DNA of 20,544 nt, from NCBI GenBank assembly GCA_043718025.1, contig JAYSWN010000176.1, positions 1 through 20,544 on the forward strand, in the 5' to 3' direction. The DNA is from Pseudomonadota bacterium (lineage in GTDB: Bacteria; Bdellovibrionota; FAC87; UBA2466). Positions 17,053-20,544 of the stretch are shown here, in pieces. A program made the position numbers and the translations under genes. Numbering within the stretch: position 1 is the first letter of the stretch; each line of letters begins with the position of its first letter. A model generated the notes under the pieces. The model did not search any database and had not been told where the DNA came from. It saw only the letters and a list, made by a program, of their open reading frames with translations.

Positions 17053-17058
17053 GGCTAG

Positions 17059-18372
17059 GTGAACCCGATTGAATTTAAAACCCTTGCCGAAATGCGGGAC
17101 CAAGAGCGTGCCGAAGAGATTCGGACGTTTATTGTCACCGCGGTGAAGTACCTCTCGGCGCCAATTCTACTCGGCTTGTGGGGGCTCGATCTCATCTACG
17201 TGCCGCACCTGATATGGCACTGTTTGGCTATACGGCTGACCGCAATCCCCTTTGTATTTGCAATTCTGTGGCTATTTCGCAAGCCAACCACACTGGCCAG
17301 AGCCCAACAGATTGCAACCGCCAGCGTGATCGGGAATGCGTTAGTCATTACGGCGCTGTTATGGATTACCGAAGGCATCTCATCGCCCTACTATGCAGGC
17401 TTAAACCTAATCACCGTAGCCATGAGCTGCGTTCCATGGACCGCTCGCTACGTAATTTTGAATTTGGTGCTTATTTACTACCCCTTCTTGATTATGGGCA
17501 TCGTTAAAGGGGGAAGCCCGACCCAAATTCGAGTCTTAAGCATTCACTTCTTTTTCATCGCCGGCACCATCCTGATGAGTGTCATCATGCGGTTGTATAT
17601 GGAACGGCTCCGCATGAGCGAAATCAAAGCCCGCCTAGCCCTGAAAGACGAAATTGTCTCACGCGACGGCATCATCCGGGTAAAAACCGAAGAGATGGTG
17701 AACTTAAACCAGTTGGCAAAACAATTTAGCCCGCAGGTGGTGCGCGCCATCCAGACCGGCGAGATTACGTTAGAAGGCTCGGTTAAGGCCCGCCAAATCT
17801 GCGCCGTGTTTATCGACATTGTAAAATCAACCGACCGACTGCAGATGATTCCTATCGATGAGTTTACCCAAGTGATCGCAAGCTTTATGCGCGACACCAC
17901 CCACATCCTTTTAGACCACGACATTACCATTGATAAGTACCTGGGCGACGGCGTGTTAGCGTTTTCGGGCGCGCCTTTAACCCAAGACGACTACCTTTTG
18001 CGAGTGGTGCACGCGGCCAGCGAAATCCGAGATTTTTTTCAACGGCGGCAAGAAAAATACGCGTTGCTTTGGAAACACCCCTTTGAAGTCCGTTTTGGAA
18101 TTGCCAGCGGCGTGGCCAACGTCGGCTTCTACGGCAGCGAAAAATCGTTTCGCTCTTACACCGCCATCGGCGAAGTGGTGAACTTAGCGGCCCGACTTTG
18201 CGCCGCCGCCGAACCCAATGCCATTCTTGTCGATGGACCCGTCTATCAACTAATAAAAGAGCTTTACGAAACCACGCCCAACCCCAAAAAGACCTTCAAG
18301 GGGTTTGATGGCCGCACGTTCGACATCCACCGCCTTGGCCACCGCCGCCGCAAAACGGCGAAGGCCGCTTAA
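17059..18372 (+). CDS. Membrane-anchored class III adenylate cyclase with an N-terminal ~6-TM sensor domain
   Basis: TM region includes ITEGISSPYYAGLNL, followed by a helical linker and QFSPQVV. Catalytic motifs are FIDIVKST (Asp1), DKYLGDGVLA (Lys, Asp2) and YTAIGEVVNLAARL (Thr, Asn, Arg). The Lys/Thr pair indicates ATP specificity. The start could be GTG 17059 or ATG 17092. Confidence 0.92.
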   Translation: MNPIEFKTLAEMRDQERAEEIRTFIVTAVKYLSAPILLGLWGLDLIYVPHLIWHCLAIRLTAIPFVFAILWLFRKPTTLARAQQIATASVIGNALVITALLWITEGISSPYYAGLNLITVAMSCVPWTARYVILNLVLIYYPFLIMGIVKGGSPTQIRVLSIHFFFIAGTILMSVIMRLYMERLRMSEIKARLALKDEIVSRDGIIRVKTEEMVNLNQLAKQFSPQVVRAIQTGEITLEGSVKARQICAVFIDIVKSTDRLQMIPIDEFTQVIASFMRDTTHILLDHDITIDKYLGDGVLAFSGAPLTQDDYLLRVVHAASEIRDFFQRRQEKYALLWKHPFEVRFGIASGVANVGFYGSEKSFRSYTAIGEVVNLAARLCAAAEPNAILVDGPVYQLIKELYETTPNPKKTFKGFDGRTFDIHRLGHRRRKTAKAA

Positions 18373-18382
18373 CTCTAAAATC

Positions 18383-20544
18383 TCAGGGACAACGGATTAC
18401 CCAGCAACGGTGGCTAGGTTTGCGTTTGAAATCGAGGGGAATGGTCTTTTGGGTGATTTCAAAAATCTCGACATTGCGACCCGCACGGAGCGCCGCCTCA
18501 TCCAACACAAAGGTACGGTAGTTATTCGAAAAGAAGATCAGGCCGCCCGGTTTCATGCGCGCCATTACCAAATTTAATAGCTTTACGTGATCACTCTGCA
18601 CGTCAAACTCACGGCCCGACGATCGGTTTACCGAACGAGTTGGCGGGTCTACCACGCACACGTCGAACATAGCACGTGATCGTTCTAAATATTCAATGGT
18701 GTCGCTTCTAAAAAACTGGTGCTTATTGCCGGTAAAGCCATTGAGCTTGAGGTTGGCCTCGGCCCACTCTAAGTAGGGAGACGAAGTATCGACGGTAAGG
18801 GTTGATTTGGCTCCGCCTGCCGCCGCATAAACACTAAAAGATCCGGTGTAAGCGAACAGGTTTAAAAAGTCTTTACCGGCTGTCTCTTTTTGCACCATGG
18901 CGCGGGTTTTGCGGTGGTCTAAGAACAGCCCGGTGTCGAGGTAGTCGGCGAGGTTGACCAAGAATTTGTGGCCGCCCTCGGCCACTTCGATCAGTTCGCC
19001 AGTGGCATCGTGGGGAGTGTACTGAAAACCGCCGGTCTTCTGCGGTTTACGTTTTTTAAAGTAAACTTTTTCCATCGGCACTTCTAAAACTTCGGCGGCG
19101 GTTCGTACCATAAGCTGCACGTAGGCGCTGTGCTCGATCGGCGAATGTTCGTAATTGCGCTCGATCTCGGAAAAATGAAGACGATCGGCGTAAATATCGA
19201 CCAGATAGGGCAGCTCGGGCACGTCCCAATCGTAAATTCGCCAGCAGCTAATGCCCTCGCGCTTAGCCCAAGTGGCAAAGTTTTTTATGTTTTTGCGCAG
19301 ACGGTTGGCAAAAATATCGGCCCGCTCTTTCCACTTTGGGTTTTCTTCGGGGGCCTTAGCGCGCCACGCCGGAAGTGGCTTTTTTTCTGGGGTGGCTTCA
19401 GTATCGGGCTTACCGTCGGGGTTCTCGGGTTCTTCTTCAACGGTCTTAGCAACCGGCAATTCGTCTTTGGGCGCACGCAGCTCGTATTTAAGCAAACGGC
19501 ATTCGATGGAGCCGTTGTACATCACCGTTCGCCGCGAGGAGCGCAGGCCGATGTACTTCGTAGCCTCTAAATTTCCGCACAGCACGCTGGCGCTCCAACC
19601 ACCGTAAGCGTGCTTCAAACGGTCACCGATGGCTTGGCAAAGTTCGGCGATGTTGTCGACCGGCAGACGCTCATCATATGGCGGGTTCATTACCAGGGTG
19701 CCGGCCACGCCGCCCATTTCATTCCACTTAAAGAAATCGGCTTCAACAATTTTTACCAGTCCGGTTAGGCCCGCCCGTTCCACATTTTCTCGCGCTATCT
19801 GCGCCACCTCAGGATCAATCTCAACGCCGGTGATCGAGACGGTTATGTCTTGGCGAACGGAGTTGGCGGCCTCGCTCATTAGACGGTCAAACCGCGCCCG
19901 ATCGTAATCAGGCCACCGCTGAAAGCCGTACACTTTGCGTAGCAATCCGGGCGCCACGTTCTTAGCCAGAAGCCCGGCTTCAATCGCCATGGTTCCCGAA
20001 CCGCACATGGCATCGACGAACGGAGTTTTTTGATCCCAACCCGAAAGCCTTATGATCCCGGCCGCTAACGTCTCGCTTACCGGAGCCTCGCCGGATTTAC
20101 GCCGGTAGCCTCGTTTGTGCAGCGATTCGCCCGAGGCATCAACGTAAACTTGGGCTTGATCTTGAAACAGGCTCACCACGATGTGCAGATCGGGAGAGTC
20201 TAAATCGACCGAGGGGCGGGTGCCGGTCTTTTCGCGAAACTGATCGACCACCGCATCCTTAGCGAGTTGGGCAAGGTAGAGCGAATGGGTGGTGAACGAC
20301 GATCGCACGTCGGCGTTGACCGCCAAGGTATTTTCGCTGCTCATCCATTGGCTCCAATCCACCGATCGAACGCCATCGTAAAGCGCCTTTTCGTCGCGTG
20401 CAGTGAAGCTGGCCAGGGGGCGCAGCACGCGAATAGCCGTGCGGCACCACAAGTTGGCCTTGTAAACCAGCTCCTGATCGCCAGTACAGATAACCAACCG
20501 ATTTTTTAGCTGAATGCTTTCGGCGCCAAGCGCCGCCAACTCGT
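18383..20544 (-). CDS. rlmKL: Bifunctional 23S rRNA m2G2445/m7G2069 methyltransferase RlmKL (5'-truncated)
   Basis: THUMP region, SGESLHKRGYR, AP-x2-ETLAA, D-x-MCGSGT and NPPY in the RlmL half. FANRLRKN, R-x-YD-x-D-x-PE, DYLDTGLFLDHR, FLNLFAYTGS and DPPT in the RlmK half. The frame is open to the window edge. Confidence 0.95.
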   Translation of the reverse strand, partial: ELAALGAESIQLKNRLVICTGDQELVYKANLWCRTAIRVLRPLASFTARDEKALYDGVRSVDWSQWMSSENTLAVNADVRSSFTTHSLYLAQLAKDAVVDQFREKTGTRPSVDLDSPDLHIVVSLFQDQAQVYVDASGESLHKRGYRRKSGEAPVSETLAAGIIRLSGWDQKTPFVDAMCGSGTMAIEAGLLAKNVAPGLLRKVYGFQRWPDYDRARFDRLMSEAANSVRQDITVSITGVEIDPEVAQIARENVERAGLTGLVKIVEADFFKWNEMGGVAGTLVMNPPYDERLPVDNIAELCQAIGDRLKHAYGGWSASVLCGNLEATKYIGLRSSRRTVMYNGSIECRLLKYELRAPKDELPVAKTVEEEPENPDGKPDTEATPEKKPLPAWRAKAPEENPKWKERADIFANRLRKNIKNFATWAKREGISCWRIYDWDVPELPYLVDIYADRLHFSEIERNYEHSPIEHSAYVQLMVRTAAEVLEVPMEKVYFKKRKPQKTGGFQYTPHDATGELIEVAEGGHKFLVNLADYLDTGLFLDHRKTRAMVQKETAGKDFLNLFAYTGSFSVYAAAGGAKSTLTVDTSSPYLEWAEANLKLNGFTGNKHQFFRSDTIEYLERSRAMFDVCVVDPPTRSVNRSSGREFDVQSDHVKLLNLVMARMKPGGLIFFSNNYRTFVLDEAALRAGRNVEIFEITQKTIPLDFKRKPSHRCWVIRCP

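Overview
Gene-dense bacterial window with about 16 supported CDSs. I found no rRNA, tRNA, CRISPR array or mobile element. The many orphan signal-peptide proteins and sigma28/sigma54-like motifs suggest a Bdellovibrionota/Oligoflexia-like host, but this is inference only. Left to right: truncated JmjC/cupin gene, small Imm74-like ORF, three secreted orphans (one with a permuted papain-like His/Cys dyad), alpha/beta-hydrolase, polytopic GT-C-like membrane protein, secreted Gly/Gln/Pro-repeat protein with a C-C-CC-C-C module, VOC/FMN glutamate-synthase-like/GST operon, secreted pseudo-trypsin protein, DUF2779 nuclease and 5'-truncated rlmKL. The best candidate for a new system is 14868-18372. A membrane fatty-acid desaturase and a PhcB-like SAM methyltransferase form an overlapping gene pair. 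They lie divergent to a membrane-sensor class III adenylate cyclase, with a perfect 9-bp inverted repeat between them. This looks like a fatty-acid-methyl-ester quorum-sensing module that outputs cAMP instead of using a histidine kinase. All family assignments come from motif recognition, not database searches.
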